DNA of 35,641 bases from Octopus bimaculoides. Its lineage: Eukaryota. Numbering within the stretch: position 1 is the stretch's first letter; every line of letters begins with the position of its first letter. Location: assembly GCF_001194135.2 (NCBI RefSeq), contig NC_068999.1:20749998-20785638 (forward strand), written 5' to 3'. The position numbers and the translations under genes were made by a program. A model generated the notes under the pieces. It made no database searches. It was not told the origin of the DNA and saw only the letters and a list, made by a program, of their open reading frames with translations. This document shows, one piece after another, positions 21,696-33,888 of this stretch.

Positions 21696-22069
21696 CAGCA
21701 GATGACAACGTTTCTCTAAAAGAAATGGAAAAACTTTCAAAATACAAAGACCTGGAAATAGAGATAACTCGAATGTGGAATCTAAAAACAGAAACAATTC
21801 CTATCATAGTAGGTGCCTTAGGTATAATAAAAAAATATTCAGACAAATACATAACAAAAACACCAGGACTTACAAATATATATAACATACAGAAAATTGC
21901 ACTACTGGGTACTGCACACATTCTACGCAAAACACTTTCAATACAGTAAACATAAGAGCACCACAGCAAACCACAGCACATACCCAAGGCGCACAGAGCT
22001 GCGCTCGGTAGTGAAGTGAAAGTACGTTATAAAAATAAAACTACTGAATAATAATAATAATAATAATAA
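21695..22069 (+). mobile_element. Young 5'-truncated R4/Dong-like LINE (RLE endonuclease C-terminus, 3' UTR, (AAT)n tail)
   Basis: Uninterrupted frame PADDNVSLKEMEKLSKYKDLEIEITRMWNLKTETIPIIVGALGIIKK...QKIALLGTAHILRKTLSIQ* (stop 21947-21949), which is the restriction-like endonuclease signature. Flanked by (AAT)n on both sides. Confidence 0.9.
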
Positions 22070-22500
22070 ATGTCATGATGCAGTACCAGGCAGTGGCTTT
22101 CATGGCTTCTGATCTTAACTGATTAAAACTATTATCATATACATTGTTTTGTTTTGGTATAAAAGATGGGATACAGCAAATATTCTGCTGAATACATCAC
22201 GTTTGCTTGTCAGTTGTTTGACCATAACCAGTTGAGCATGTCCCTCAGTGGCTAGCGATATGTGCATCTTCGATCACGTGCAGAAGTAGTGGGGGAGCAT
22301 TATAGCTATGTGTTGAGAGGGATTCTTTGGGGTTGTGATAATTCACCTTTGGAACTATGGGTGTTTCATTCAACTTCCTTAAACAACCTTTATTCACGGA
22401 CATTCTGAGTGCTATAGTCTACTCGACCTGAAGAAAATTATAACTGGGCCCCACCTGCAAGGTCATACGCTGTTTGTCTTGATATGAGATCACCATGTCG
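22070..22500 (-). mobile_element. Retroposon 3' segment with (TTA)n tail, family unresolved
   Basis: Minus strand ends ...gccactgcctggtactgcatcatgacattTATTATT, sharing the 22047-22069 tract. Recognised from memory as a recurrent octopus repeat; no ORF. Confidence 0.5.
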
Positions 22501-23051
22501 CCACGAAGGGACTGAAACGGTGAACCACGTGATCTATGGGTATACGGCTTTAGCACATGTAGAGTAAAACTCAAGAAATTACAGAGTTGGTTACATTGGA
22601 TAATGCGTCAGCATTATAAAATCAAACCTGCTGACAAATGATACAAGTTGCACTCTGGGGTTGTAACGGAGGGAGAAAATGTAACGTTTCTTTGGGATTT
22701 TCACTATGAAAAGGCCCAACTACCAAAGCAAATGTACCAGATATTGTTGTGAATCACCAAAGCAATGAGATCTGTTTATTGATTGACATGAGCATACTCT
22801 GTGACCATAATATCTCAGCAAAAGAATTTGATAAGATCAAAAAATATAAAGATTTGCTTATCGAAATTCAAAAAAAAATATAGCACCTCAGAACGGTTAC
22901 AATACCATTGATTGTAGTAGCACTTGGAAGGTTCAAAAAAGGAACGGAAAATTTTTTGAGAATCCTTTCTGGTTTATCATCCATGCAGAAAGTACAAAAG
23001 ATCATTTTAACTGATACGTCACACGTACTGAGAAGAATATTATCGCTGTGA
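22500..23051 (+). mobile_element. Old R4/Dong-like LINE 3' ORF fragment (zinc knuckle to RLE)
   Basis: ETVNHVIYGYTALA...LHWIMRQHYKI...NVTFLWDF...ANVPDIVV...ICLLIDMSILCDHNISAKEFDKIKKYKDLLIEI...TIPLIVVALG...QKIILTDTSHVLRRILSL*, with stops and frameshifts. Confidence 0.87.
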
Positions 23052-23284
23052 ATTTTCTTTCTCTTTTCCCTTTTTATTTTCTTTATTTTTCCTTTTCGCA
23101 CTCTGTCGTCCTTCCCATTTTTCTCTATCATATGACTTTGAAAATGAAAAATCTGGTGTGTTCATTTTAATAGCCTACCGATGTATACACTACGTTGCTA
23201 TGGCCCAGGCATCAGGAAGATACTCGGCAAGAAATAGAAACAGATTTGAAAGATGATAATGAAAATGATCGAAATAACAATAAT

Positions 23285-23333
<49 letters not shown>

Positions 23334-23734
23334 CGTGAGAGATTTAGGGGTTGGGGGTTCAACCCACTAAGGGATAGTATCTATCCAGTATACTGCTGAG
23401 AGGGTACCCAATTATTGCTACACTAGTGCTATACTAGGTGCAATCAATGGGAGCGGGTAAAAGTGGAGGNNNNNNNNNNNNNNNNNNNNNNNNNNNNNNN
23501 NNNNNNNNNNNNNNNNNNNNNNNNNNNNNNNNNNNNNNNNNNNNNNNNNNNNNNNNNNNNNNNNNNNNNNNNNNNNNNNNNNNNNNNNNNNNNNNNNNNN
23601 NNNNNNNNNNNNNNNNNNNNNNNNNNNNNNNNNNNNNNNNNNNNNNNNNNNNNNNNNNNNNNNNNNTATATATATATAAATATATATATATATGAATAAA
23701 ATATAATCATCACTATCATTATTATTATTAGACG

Positions 23735-24135
23735 AAGGCGTGGGTGTGTAACAAGAACCTTGCTTTCCAACCACATGGTCCAGGGTGCAGTCACGTGGCA
23801 GCTTGGGCAACTGTTTTCTGCTATAGCCTCGGGTCGACCAGGGCATTATGAGTGGATTTGGTAGACGAACACTCAAAAAACCCACTGTATGTGTGTGTGA
23901 GTGTGTGTGTATCTGTCTGTCTCTCTGTTTTTCTGTCTGTGTTTGACTCAAAGCACCACTTGACTACCGATGCTGGTGTGTTTATGTCCCTGAAACTTAG
24001 CGATCAGACTATAAACCGTTAGAATACGTATCGGCATTTTAAGAAGTACTGAGATCGATATACTCAACTAAAAGTTCTTCAAACCGGTTCCCCAGTATAA
24101 CTGCTTTCTAATGACTGAAACGAGTAAAGGAATGA
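23735..24135 (+). mobile_element. SINE family B copy, diverged
   Basis: ccaaccacatggtccagggtgcagtcacgtggcagcttgggcaac...tatagcctcgggtcgacc...gagtggatttggtagacg...cttgactaccgatgctggtgtgtttatgtccc...aatgactgaaacgagtaaag. Confidence 0.88.
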
Positions 24136-24144
24136 TATCTGAGA

Positions 24145-24492
24145 CCCCTTTTAGGCATGACTGACCATAGAATTGCACCTACAAAGTGTCCCTCCGAGAC
24201 ACAAGTCCGGGTAAGGTTGTTTTTTTTTATGGAAGACTAGCAGTCGCCCATGCATACCAGCCTCCCCCTCTCCACGCCACCAGTGTTATCCAAGGGAAAG
24301 GTAAAAGCTGATACAGCTTGGCACCTGTGACTTCGCAACTCATTTCTACAGATTAGTTAACTGGAGCAACGTGAAATGAAGGAATAAAGTGTCTTGCTCA
24401 GGAACACAAAACGCAGCCCGGTCCGGGATTCGAACTCACAACCACACTGTCGTAAGCTAGGCGCTCTAAGTACTGGTCCATGTGCCTTCACT
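24145..24492 (-). mobile_element. SINE family C (tRNA head plus V/Meta/Deu-type central domain)
   Basis: Minus-strand head ggcacatggaccagtacttagagcgcc...gtgagttcgaatcccggaccggg (B-box GTTCGAATCC), then gtgttcctgagcaagacacttt...gttgctccagttaactaatctgtagaaatgagt and a distinct tail. Confidence 0.8.
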
Positions 24493-24505
24493 AAAGGAAA
24501 GAGAA

Positions 24506-24567
<62 letters not shown>

Positions 24568-24575
24568 GGGGGGGG
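24506..24575. repeat. Compound (TA)n(GA)n(G)n microsatellite
   Basis: Directly visible. Confidence 0.95.
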
Positions 24576-24994
24576 AGGAATAAGGGCTAAACCGCTCTAA
24601 AGCTCAAACACAGATACATAGACAAACAGACAGACAGACAGATAGATTTACATATGGGTGGATAAAGTTTCGTGATTTTGTGTGCCTGTTTCTGTGTGTA
24701 AAGAAATAACGATGAAGAAGTAGAGTCTTTCAAAATATTTATAAACCAACTGCAACACGAACCTTGTTGTATATCTATAAATATGTCTTTTTAAGGGTTC
24801 TTAGTGCCTTTTCCAATTCTTTTCTTAATTCTGATGTCAGTGTGGTAAAAGCTTCTTTTTAGGAGCTTATAAAGACTCAGACACATCCGCACACATACGC
24901 ATGCACACAATTATATATAGACCCACGTACATAAAACCTATTTGTGTCTATATGTATATATGAGTGTTTGTATATATACATATATATATATATA

Positions 24995-25044
<50 letters not shown>

Positions 25045-25514
25045 TGTGTATTTATGCATGCTTCATCTTACATATATATATGTGGGTGTGTGTGTGTACA
25101 CATGCCACATACATAAAAATATGCATAAACTTCCATACAGGCTATATATATATGGATAGATAGCTAGATGTGTGTGTATATGTGTTTGTGCATGTGTGTG
25201 TTTATGTGCTCGTGATGTGTCTGACTGTATGTAACACTAATATATGCATATATACATACTAATATTTGTGTGTGATTGTGAACCGCAAAAAGTGATCCGA
25301 GAGCACTACAACTCCAAACGTGAAGTTATTCAATACGTTCTGATGCAGAACATATATTTATGTACTATATATTACATAATGTGCAACCGTGTATTCGATT
25401 GAAAATGTATTGATATATTTAGATGCTTACATTACACAAAATCCCTTAAGTATTTTCCCTATCTAGTTTTCTGTCTTCCTATGTATATACACACATATAC
25501 AAACGCCCATACAC

Positions 25515-25645
<131 letters not shown>

Positions 25646-26172
25646 CATACTTCTATTAAAACCGCAAAAATCTTCACAGGTGTTACTCCGAGTTTCACGT
25701 TGCCTGCCGTTTGTCGGACAGTTGTGATCATACTAAATTAAAATTATGATCATACATGTAATATAATATATGGCATAATACAATTCAACGAAGAAGCATT
25801 TGAATTTGATTAAGTTACTGTTTTTCAAAATATAATGGCGTGGTCTTCGTTATCAGCTGTGTGGATGGAGTGTAAAATTTGATATATATAAAATTTATAT
25901 ATACGTAACATTTTCGGCTCCAATTTTTCTATGTATAAGAGATATGCTTTTGCGATGTATAATCTGATTATAATAACTGCTTCAGGTTTTGCTACATGGC
26001 TGGAAATTTTAGGGGAAGGCTTTTGTATGTGGGAGTCGAGAAACCTTTGTCTGTGGTTAACTGGTATTCTATTTGTTTCATCAGCAACGAAAGGATGAAA
26101 AGAAACAAGATATAGCACTAAGGATTTCGTTCGTCGCTCTAACTATTCTGAAACTTCCCGGCCATAATTCTG

Positions 26173-26332
26173 ATAATAATAATTCTTTCTACTGCAGACT
26201 CAAGGCTTCAGGCCTTGGAGAGAGGCAAGTGGATTATATCGACCCCAATACTCAACTAATTATGAAAGCAAAGTCGACCTCGGTGGAATATGAGCTCAGA
26301 ACGTAAAGACGACCAAAATGCCACAAAGCATA
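26173..26332 (-). mobile_element. SINE family A copy with internal deletion
   Basis: ataataattctttctactgcagactcaagg...atcgaccccaatactcaac...gcaaagtcgacctcggtggaatatgagctcagaacgtaaagacgaccaaaatgcc. Confidence 0.88.
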
Positions 26333-26570
26333 TTATAATAATAATGTTTCTTTTTCCATTTATAGTATTACATTTGGCTATTAATTAATTATTAGCGACG
26401 GGCGCAGTATTAATACCTAAAGGTAGTCTTTATATCTAATGAAACGTACATGCTTTTTAAGAACACCGAATACTGCGTTACAATCATTGAGATGTCCTCT
26501 CATATAGGCGTTTGGTACATAAAATCACGCACATAGATCATAGCCGACGAAGTTCGTCTATCATGGGCGC

Positions 26571-26591
26571 CGGAATTTCCATATCACGTGA
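26571..26591. promoter_or_regulatory. Candidate composite Rel/NF-kB-like site plus E-box
   Basis: CGGAATTTCC (26571-26580) lies 3 nt from TCACGTGA (26584-26591) within a CpG-rich patch. Motif match only. Confidence 0.22.
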
Positions 26592-28660
26592 CTCCAGTCT
26601 AGTAACACTCATCAGTTGGAAGCATCTGGTCACTGCCTGTCGGCGAATATTCGGTGCACTTGCAAAGCATCCATGTTTAGTTGGATATAAGAATTACCAT
26701 TTAGTAATTTCTCACTTTCTTATTATAACCACACCTGACACCAGTATACACCCAGTACTTTGTAGTCTTTGATTTTTGTAGTTTTCAAATTTTCATTCGC
26801 TTTTGTGAAAACAATTTTTTTTTTCTTATATGAATAATATTTTGTTCTCACCAGAAATTTACTATGGGCAGCTTTTAGATCCATCCTATTTTAAATAGTT
26901 TACAAATATCTTAACGTTTTTATTTTCATATAGATGGTATCTAAATGAGATTTATCTTTAGGATACATATATTTTCATCACTATTTAAGTTTATATTTAG
27001 CAAGTGAGAAGAAGTATACTCTTTGCCGAAGAGCTGCAAAGTGACTGAAACATAACTTCAACATAACTCTAAATGCTGGGCAGACAATAAATTATTCAAC
27101 AACATATTTAGGGATTTATCTTTCAATACTGCATATATTTTATACTTAAATTTCTGAATTTCTTTCCATAAAACACATTTAATTTTGAGTTTCTTTTTAA
27201 TGTTGACTGCTTCGAGATAACAACTTTTCATGTGAACTCCTCTAGCTGAGTCTTCTTCTTTTTATTGGATAACAGTAAACAGATACGGTTCTACTTTAGT
27301 TTCTTCATAAAGCGTAAGAAGCAACGTCATCCAAAATTTTCCACAATTCACCAAACTATTTAATTTATTTTATACTTGTCTTCTTTCTACTTTGATGATT
27401 TACAATATTTCATAATTTGACTGTGGAAATTTTATGTCTGACGATGGCTATGCTCCATATACATTTTGGATTATCTCTTAAATGACCGAGGACTAAGGAT
27501 TTTGTGGGGGATATCATAAATACCGTATTTTAAAGGGATAAAATAATTATAAATACGATTATATTTATCCATTTCATAGCAAATGATATCAAGTATATTC
27601 AAACCGGATCATCAGTTAAAATTTGAGAAATATCTCTGGTTCTTTAAAAACAAGTGTACTTTCCTTCAACTAGAGCCCGAATTTGCATCTTCTTGGATGG
27701 TAATTGCTTTTGCACGGGATGAAGTTCTAAGTTAAGCCCTTAATTTCAGCATACTATACATCAATTTGAAATGACAAGTTGTGTGTTACTCCACTGAAAA
27801 CAATAAATATTCTTTTACGAAGTTGAAGCTGCTTAAAGAAAGAAATAAAATTGGACAAGTCTTCTGCAATTCATAAAAAGTGAAAATTATATTTTTTTGT
27901 AATATGATGTTAATTTAAATGGACAATAATATGTAACGAAGGAAAATTACAAAAGAGAAGAAATTGAACATTCATGTAGCAAATGGCAATTTCAATATGG
28001 AGTGCACATAGTGCAAGTAAGATGAAATATGAAACCGGAAATAAATTAGTAAGACAAAATTTTGATATACGTTCGTGAACTTTGAAATGTAAATGTAATT
28101 GACAATTTTATTCAATTAGTGAAATAAACAATATACAGAATTTCTAAAAAGTCTGAGATGGAAAACATAGTTCATAATAATGCAATTTCTGCAAAAATGA
28201 AAAACGATGGAAATTATATTAAAGAAGCTAAAGTTCGATTTGTGCCTGTACGTGCGTTTATGGTCATATATAATATTAGCAGCGAGTTTTGAGAAATACA
28301 GACTATATGTTTGAAAGAGAGAGAGAAAAGAATGAAACTCAGAAAGTCAGAAGGAGAAAGAGGTGGTGGGCAGAGGAGTCAAGGGCGAGGGAGTGTGAGA
28401 GAATTGGACAGAACTCTAGTATAATTCATCAACAGAAAATTTATGCTGTAAACGTACACAAATGAGTATGTGTGTGTGCGTGCAAGCCCTTGCGAGGCGT
28501 CTGCCAGTTATTTGCGTGTATGTGTGCATATGTGCATCAGTACATATCTGTGTGTTTTGGGGGCTTTTGTGTGTATATATATATACATAAATATATAAAA
28601 ACATTTATAGTTTTTAATTTTATTTTTATTTCTATTTTCGATTTGCCCAGCTATATATAC

Positions 28661-28710
<50 letters not shown>

Positions 28711-30046
28711 NNNNNNNNNNNNNNNNNNNNNNNNNNNNNNNNNNNNNNNNNNNNNNNNNNNNNNNNNNNNNNNNNNNNNNNNNNNNNNNNNNNNNNNNNN
28801 NNNNNNNNNNNNNNNNNNNNNNNNNNNNNNNNNNNNNNNNNNNNNNNNNNNNNNNNNNNNNNNNNNNNNNNNNNNNNNNNNNNNNNNNNNNNNNNNNNNN
28901 NNNNNNNNNNNNNNNNNNNNNNNNNNNNNNNNNNNNNNNNNNNNNNNNNNNNNNNNNNNNNNNNNNNNNNNNNNNNNNNNNNNNNNNNNNNNNNNNNNNN
29001 NNNNNNNNNNNNNNNNNNNNNNNNNNNNNNNNNNNNNNNNNNNNNNNNNNNNNNNNNNNNNNNNNNNNNNNNNNNNNNNNNNNNNNNNNNNNNNNNNNNN
29101 NNNNNNNNNNNNNNNNNNNNNNNNNNNNNNNNNNNNNNNNNNNNNNNNNNNNNNNNNNNNNNNNNNNNNNNNNNNNNNNNNNNNNNNNNNNNNNNNNNNN
29201 NNNNNNNNNNNNNNNNNNNNNNNNNNNATATCCAGAGTGAAGAGAGAAACGAAAGCAGACAGAGACAAAGAGAGAAAAATAAAAAGGAAACTATTGAATA
29301 TAATATTATTATTCCTAAATAATCATTTTACATTGTAGACGCCAAAGAAGAATGAAATCATACCTTTTTGTCTATGTCTCTATGTTATAACTAACAGCGT
29401 TACATAAAACTGCACATTATTCTTTTTTTTTTAAATAGGATTTACTGGCATACTCAATATAAGCTGTGAATATTGCACTTAGGTTTTCTATATAAATGTA
29501 AAGCCAAGTTCCCTGCCTAGATAACGTATTCTTCTAAGCTGATGGTGAAAAATGTATTTATTCTTTATTTGAGGGTAAAAGATATGTTTTGTGTATATAA
29601 GAATGATTCGTACAGAATTTGTAGCTAATAAACACAAACACGCACGTATATGTGTGTATATTTCTGCCTTCTAGTGTGTAAGGCAGTGCAGTTTGAAGAC
29701 TATAGGAAAGTTGAAGTAGATGTCGCCAGAGACATTTATTAGGCCCTTTGATTACACATACTCAGCAAAATTTGTGCAAAGTAATGAACCGGTGAATTAT
29801 ACAGTTTTTTTTTTTAATTCGGTGTTTCGTTTAGCTGTAATCTGAAACCTAGTCATGATTAACAATCATTTATGATACAGAATTATTTTAAAAGCAACTC
29901 TCATACAAAGGGAAAAGGAAGGTAAGTGTACTGAGTGAGAAAAATTGGGAACACAATGTATGTAAGTACATCACAAGACAGTCCACGAATAATACTAAGC
30001 GCAAGACACGCACATACATACATATATACTTGGATGCATACATACA

Positions 30047-30262
30047 TATCCAGATTACAAGTACAGGTTTATAACTGTAATTGTTGGGCACTGTGATATG
30101 TAGCATACTGCCTAAATACTAATCTTGAGAAATTAAGCTTCTCAAATCTGTAAAATTTCCAGAACTTTATCATTCATGTATATATATGAGCGTGTCTAGA
30201 CGTGCATCTATATGGATGAGAAGACAAACATAAAACAAAACATACAAATCTGAACACATACA

Positions 30263-30290
<28 letters not shown>
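30047..30290 (+). mobile_element. RLE-type LINE 3' end, older copy, left part
   Basis: tatccagattacaagtacaggtttataactgtaattgttgggcactg...cttgagaaattaagctt...catacaaatctgaacaca(CATA)n, homologous to 30440-30700. Confidence 0.82.
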
Positions 30291-30296
<6 letters not shown>

Positions 30297-30308
30297 CATA
30301 CGATTTAG

Positions 30309-30835
30309 GATAGAGAGAGAGAATGTATGCACAGTTGTGGAAATTAGCTGCCCAGCGGATGTTAACATAAAGCTGAAGATCAGTGAAAAAGAGAACACCT
30401 ATGCTGAACTATTGAGAAAACTGCAGTTACTCTATCCAGATTACAAATTCTTGGTTTATACCTGTAATTATTGGGGCCCTGGGATATGTAACACAATGCC
30501 TAAATATTTATCTTGAGAAATTAGGCTTCCCAAGACTAGAAATGAGAAAGCTGAAAGCTGATTCGAAGACTACACGTGCAATCTATCACTGGAGCTGTAA
30601 AAATCTGTAAAACTTTAAATATATATCAGCATATCTAGATATGTAACTAAATGCATGAGAATGCATGCATAAAACATACAAATCTGCACATACATACATA
30701 CAAAAATACTCTGTTGTTGATGTCGAAATTCTAATGAAGGAATTTAGGTTAGAAACCGGCTCTTTCTCTATTGGCAAGAAATTGTGAAATATACTGAACA
30801 ATGATATTCACACATGCATACATACATACAATCAT
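30309..30835 (+). mobile_element. RLE-type LINE 3' end, second copy (R4/Hero/NeSL-like; clade unresolved)
   Basis: DRERENVCTVVEISCPADVNIKLKISEKENTYAELLRKLQLLYPDYKF / FIPVIIGALGYVTQCLNIYLEKLGF...RRLHVQSITGAVKICKT, then a 3' UTR with an internal (CATA)n and a terminal (CATA)n. Confidence 0.85.
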
Positions 30836-30945
30836 ACATACAAAAATACCCTGTTGATGTTGTTGAAGTTCCAATAAAGCCTTGGATCTAGGTTAGAAAC
30901 CGGCTCTTTTTCTATAGAAATAAAACTGAATAATGACATGCATGC
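30836..30945 (+). mobile_element. Terminal 3' UTR segment of the same LINE family (probably the displaced end of the older copy)
   Basis: catacaaaaataccctgttgatg...ggatctaggttagaaaccggctc...aaaactgaataatgacatgc duplicates 30697-30815. Confidence 0.82.
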
Positions 30946-31379
30946 AGGGATGCACGTACACATGTACACAGGCGCATGCGTGCACACATTCACATACTGC
31001 TAATACATAGTGTTGTCAGTATTATTCAAACAACAAATGGCTTTTGAAATTATTGTATTTTTGTTTCTGAATGATATTATTAATATTTACAGAAAATTTT
31101 CTTTCTGATTCATTCAATATTAGATTTAGATGGATTCGCATGCCTCCTTCTAAGGTTTGAAATGAAAATTATATTTGTGGTGCTTAATAGTAATGTACGC
31201 TCGGCCTTTATCAAATTCTTCTGATCACTGATCAGTTTTATACATTTCAATTATATTTTTCGACTCTGTTCTTAATTTCATACATTTGTGTATTATTGTG
31301 GTCAAACACATTTTCGAAGTATTGTGAGTTTGGATTAAAATCAACTCTGCAAATCCAACATGTAATAATTAATAATTTT

Positions 31380-32150
31380 GTCACCTCTCATCAAAACGTT
31401 ACACCCGAATGCTTTTCCATCTGGGTTAAAGGAAATGTTGAATCTCGTGGGAGTCTGAAACCAATTACTGAGAAACCCAATCAATTGATGAGGAATGGCT
31501 ATTTAAAATCAAGCAAACTTCCCGCTTATAGAATCAAAAAGGTTCAGCATGATCTAAAGCATACGAATTACAACTACAGAAATAAATTGAAAGCAAAATG
31601 GAGTTGATTGCCTTTGAAGTAGCAAACAAGCATTCTTCTATATGATGGATATTTGCCAATGAATTTTAATGGCAGGAAAATTACGAATAACACAAAACTA
31701 TAGGATATTAATCTACAGGAAGGATTAAATAAATTGAAGAAACATTTCCAGGACTTCTTCAGTAATGTCAAAATTTTAATATTGACTCACAGAAGTAGGC
31801 GATTTCGATCTTGTTAAAATCACTGTCTTTCTGAAAACAGTTCGAATGAGGACAGCAAATATATTTGATAACATCCCATTGGATGCATCCTATGGTATAT
31901 TCCTTTAATTCTGTAAAATAGTATACCATCAAGGTCCAATGTAGAAATTTGATTAAGGTTGTATAATCCCACAGCTCAAGAGAAGTAGATAAAGACTGGT
32001 TAAAACTTACTGAGGTTACATTTATTGTGATAGCAAGAAAAATCCCTAACAATTTGCAATCGATGTGTATAAAATCGGTATTAAAATTTATAAGTAAAAG
32101 CTTAAACGGTTTCAGGTTAAATAGGCTTGACCAATGAAAGTAGTCATTAA
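31380..32150 (+). pseudogene. Possible very decayed hAT (Charlie/Buster-like) transposase
   Basis: Scattered frame fragments (KTLHPNAFPSGLKEMLNLV, LNKLKKHFQDFF, IFDNIPLD, FRLNRLD) fall in hAT-like order. No termini found; weak. Confidence 0.2.
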
Positions 32151-33674
32151 GTAACCCTGTATGGATACAGGATGTGATTTTATTGAGCGCTCGAAATTTA
32201 TACGGGAACCTGATATCTTGTGGTCGACGAGGCAATCTCGTGCAAACTCGATCATGTGATCATGTGAGATAGATTCGTTAAGTAATTTGTTTTGTTAAGT
32301 AATTTTTGTTGTTGCTTATGTAGGCTGTTATCTTTCCATAAAGCCTTTCAACTTTTGGTGATATTTTAAACATTTTTTCTTATTCCATATCTTAGTTTGG
32401 AATGTTTGTTTTTGTATGATTTACAAAATTTCAGTTAGCTATTATCTCTGGGAGGTCACAATGAAAGGATTTTTGAATCGTAGTTCTTAAGGATCATGTG
32501 CACGTTTGTTTTTATATCCTAATAGTATACTGCATCAGTTCAAAGAAGGAGGCGTTACAGCGCATGAGTATAACAAGGTCCTCTGTTTCTCTTCCGTAGA
32601 TTTCTAAAGTGGTGGTGATTGGACGGAATATATTAGATGATTGGTGAAGTAGTACCAATCCACAATTAATGCTGGAGATTTAATATAATACATGCTCTCT
32701 TCTATATTATTTGCTAATGTATCACAAAACGTAAATGTAAACGAATGCATAAAACATTAATTTGATAGAGGGGTAGAATTAATAGAATTATCAACTAAGG
32801 TTCCACTAAAAGTAACAGAAAACGATAGAATTTAAGGAAATGACGTAGAGTAAATATAAAGCTTGTAATATAATAAAAAGCATAGAATAAACATTGTAAC
32901 GTTCAGCTCTTTTTCTCGGCAAAAATGTAATTTGGGGGTTTTCTCTTTCCTTCTCTGTTTAGACGTGTAACTCTTTGACGATAGAATAGTTCTTTACTCT
33001 TAACTGTAAATTAATAAATATAACAGTGCATATGATACTCGACAACATAACATGCAAAGAAAATCAATCGGAGGTTCTGGTATCATTGAAAAGGCCACAG
33101 TAGTGCGATGAAAACTAAAGAGAACGTCCGTCAGTGTGTGTATTTATTGGAAGTTTCATTTTTACAAAATTAAAAAAATTATCTGTGATAATGTTTTACA
33201 CGGTCTTCCATCAATGTTCTTAAAAATGAAATTCAAAAACGAAATATCACAAGTTTCAAACAAATCAGTATGAAAACAGAAAAAAAAAAGTTTATGTTGT
33301 GTGAAAAAAGAAAAAGACAATTCCACGACTACACTCGAAAACTGCTAATCTTCCAAGCTATCTAAAAGAACTCCATCAACTCCGAGATGGAAACATTACT
33401 GTCTATTATTTAGTGTTAATACCGGCATGTAAACAATAAAGGCAATTCTACAATAAACCAAAAGCTGGTAACATAACCGTAACACAAATTAAAACATCAA
33501 CAACATAGGTGATCAACTAGTGAGGAGCTGAGATAACCTCAGATATTTTCTGGAATTGTTATGACACAAAAAGGAAAACAACTACATCAGAGAATATGGT
33601 GCTAAATAGTTGGACGAAGAACAAACATCACTTAAATGATCACCTTTCTATATTACATACAAATAAGTCAGTAA

Positions 33675-33888
33675 TATTGCTTTCAAATGTTATTACAAGC
33701 CAGCGATCTCCAGAGGGTGAGTAACTCAATCAAATCGATCGCAATCTTCAGCTAGTTCTCAAGTGGTTCTTATTCCATAGAGCCCGAAAGGATGAAATGC
33801 TAATACGTCGCCGGCGGAATGTGAACTCAGATCGTAAAGACGGACAAAATGCCGCTATTTTGCTCGGCATGCTAACGATTTTAACAGC
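33675..33888 (-). mobile_element. SINE family A copy
   Basis: ttacaagccagcgatctc...cccgaaaggatgaaatgc...ggcggaatgtgaactcagatcgtaaagacggacaaaatgccgct...ggcatgctaacgatt. Confidence 0.87.

Noticed and set aside
21619-21987. 122-aa minus-strand ORF with poly-Tyr
   Set aside because: Antisense of the young R4/Dong fragment plus (TAT)n.
24400-24492. tRNA gene
   Set aside because: It has a B-box and T-arm-like stem but no complete cloverleaf, and it continues into a SINE body.
26560-26615. Second hammerhead candidate (CTGATGA...GAAA on the minus strand); likewise CTGAAGA near 31755
   Set aside because: Helix II does not abut GAAA correctly, and there is no helix III/NUH triplet.
30725-30785. Hammerhead-like look of aatgaagga...gaaaccggctc in the LINE 3' UTR
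   Set aside because: The core lacks CUGANGA and the GUH triplet; gaagga/ctctttc pairing is better explained as an ordinary 3' UTR stem-loop.
31768-32235. 155-aa minus-strand ORF
   Set aside because: No recognisable domain, TTG/ATG context or splice support; more likely the antisense frame of a decayed plus-strand transposase-like region.
33320-33560. Possible Penelope GIY-YIG remnant
   Set aside because: Only a vague LHQLRDGNI resemblance; the conserved Cys/His and N...E motifs were not found.
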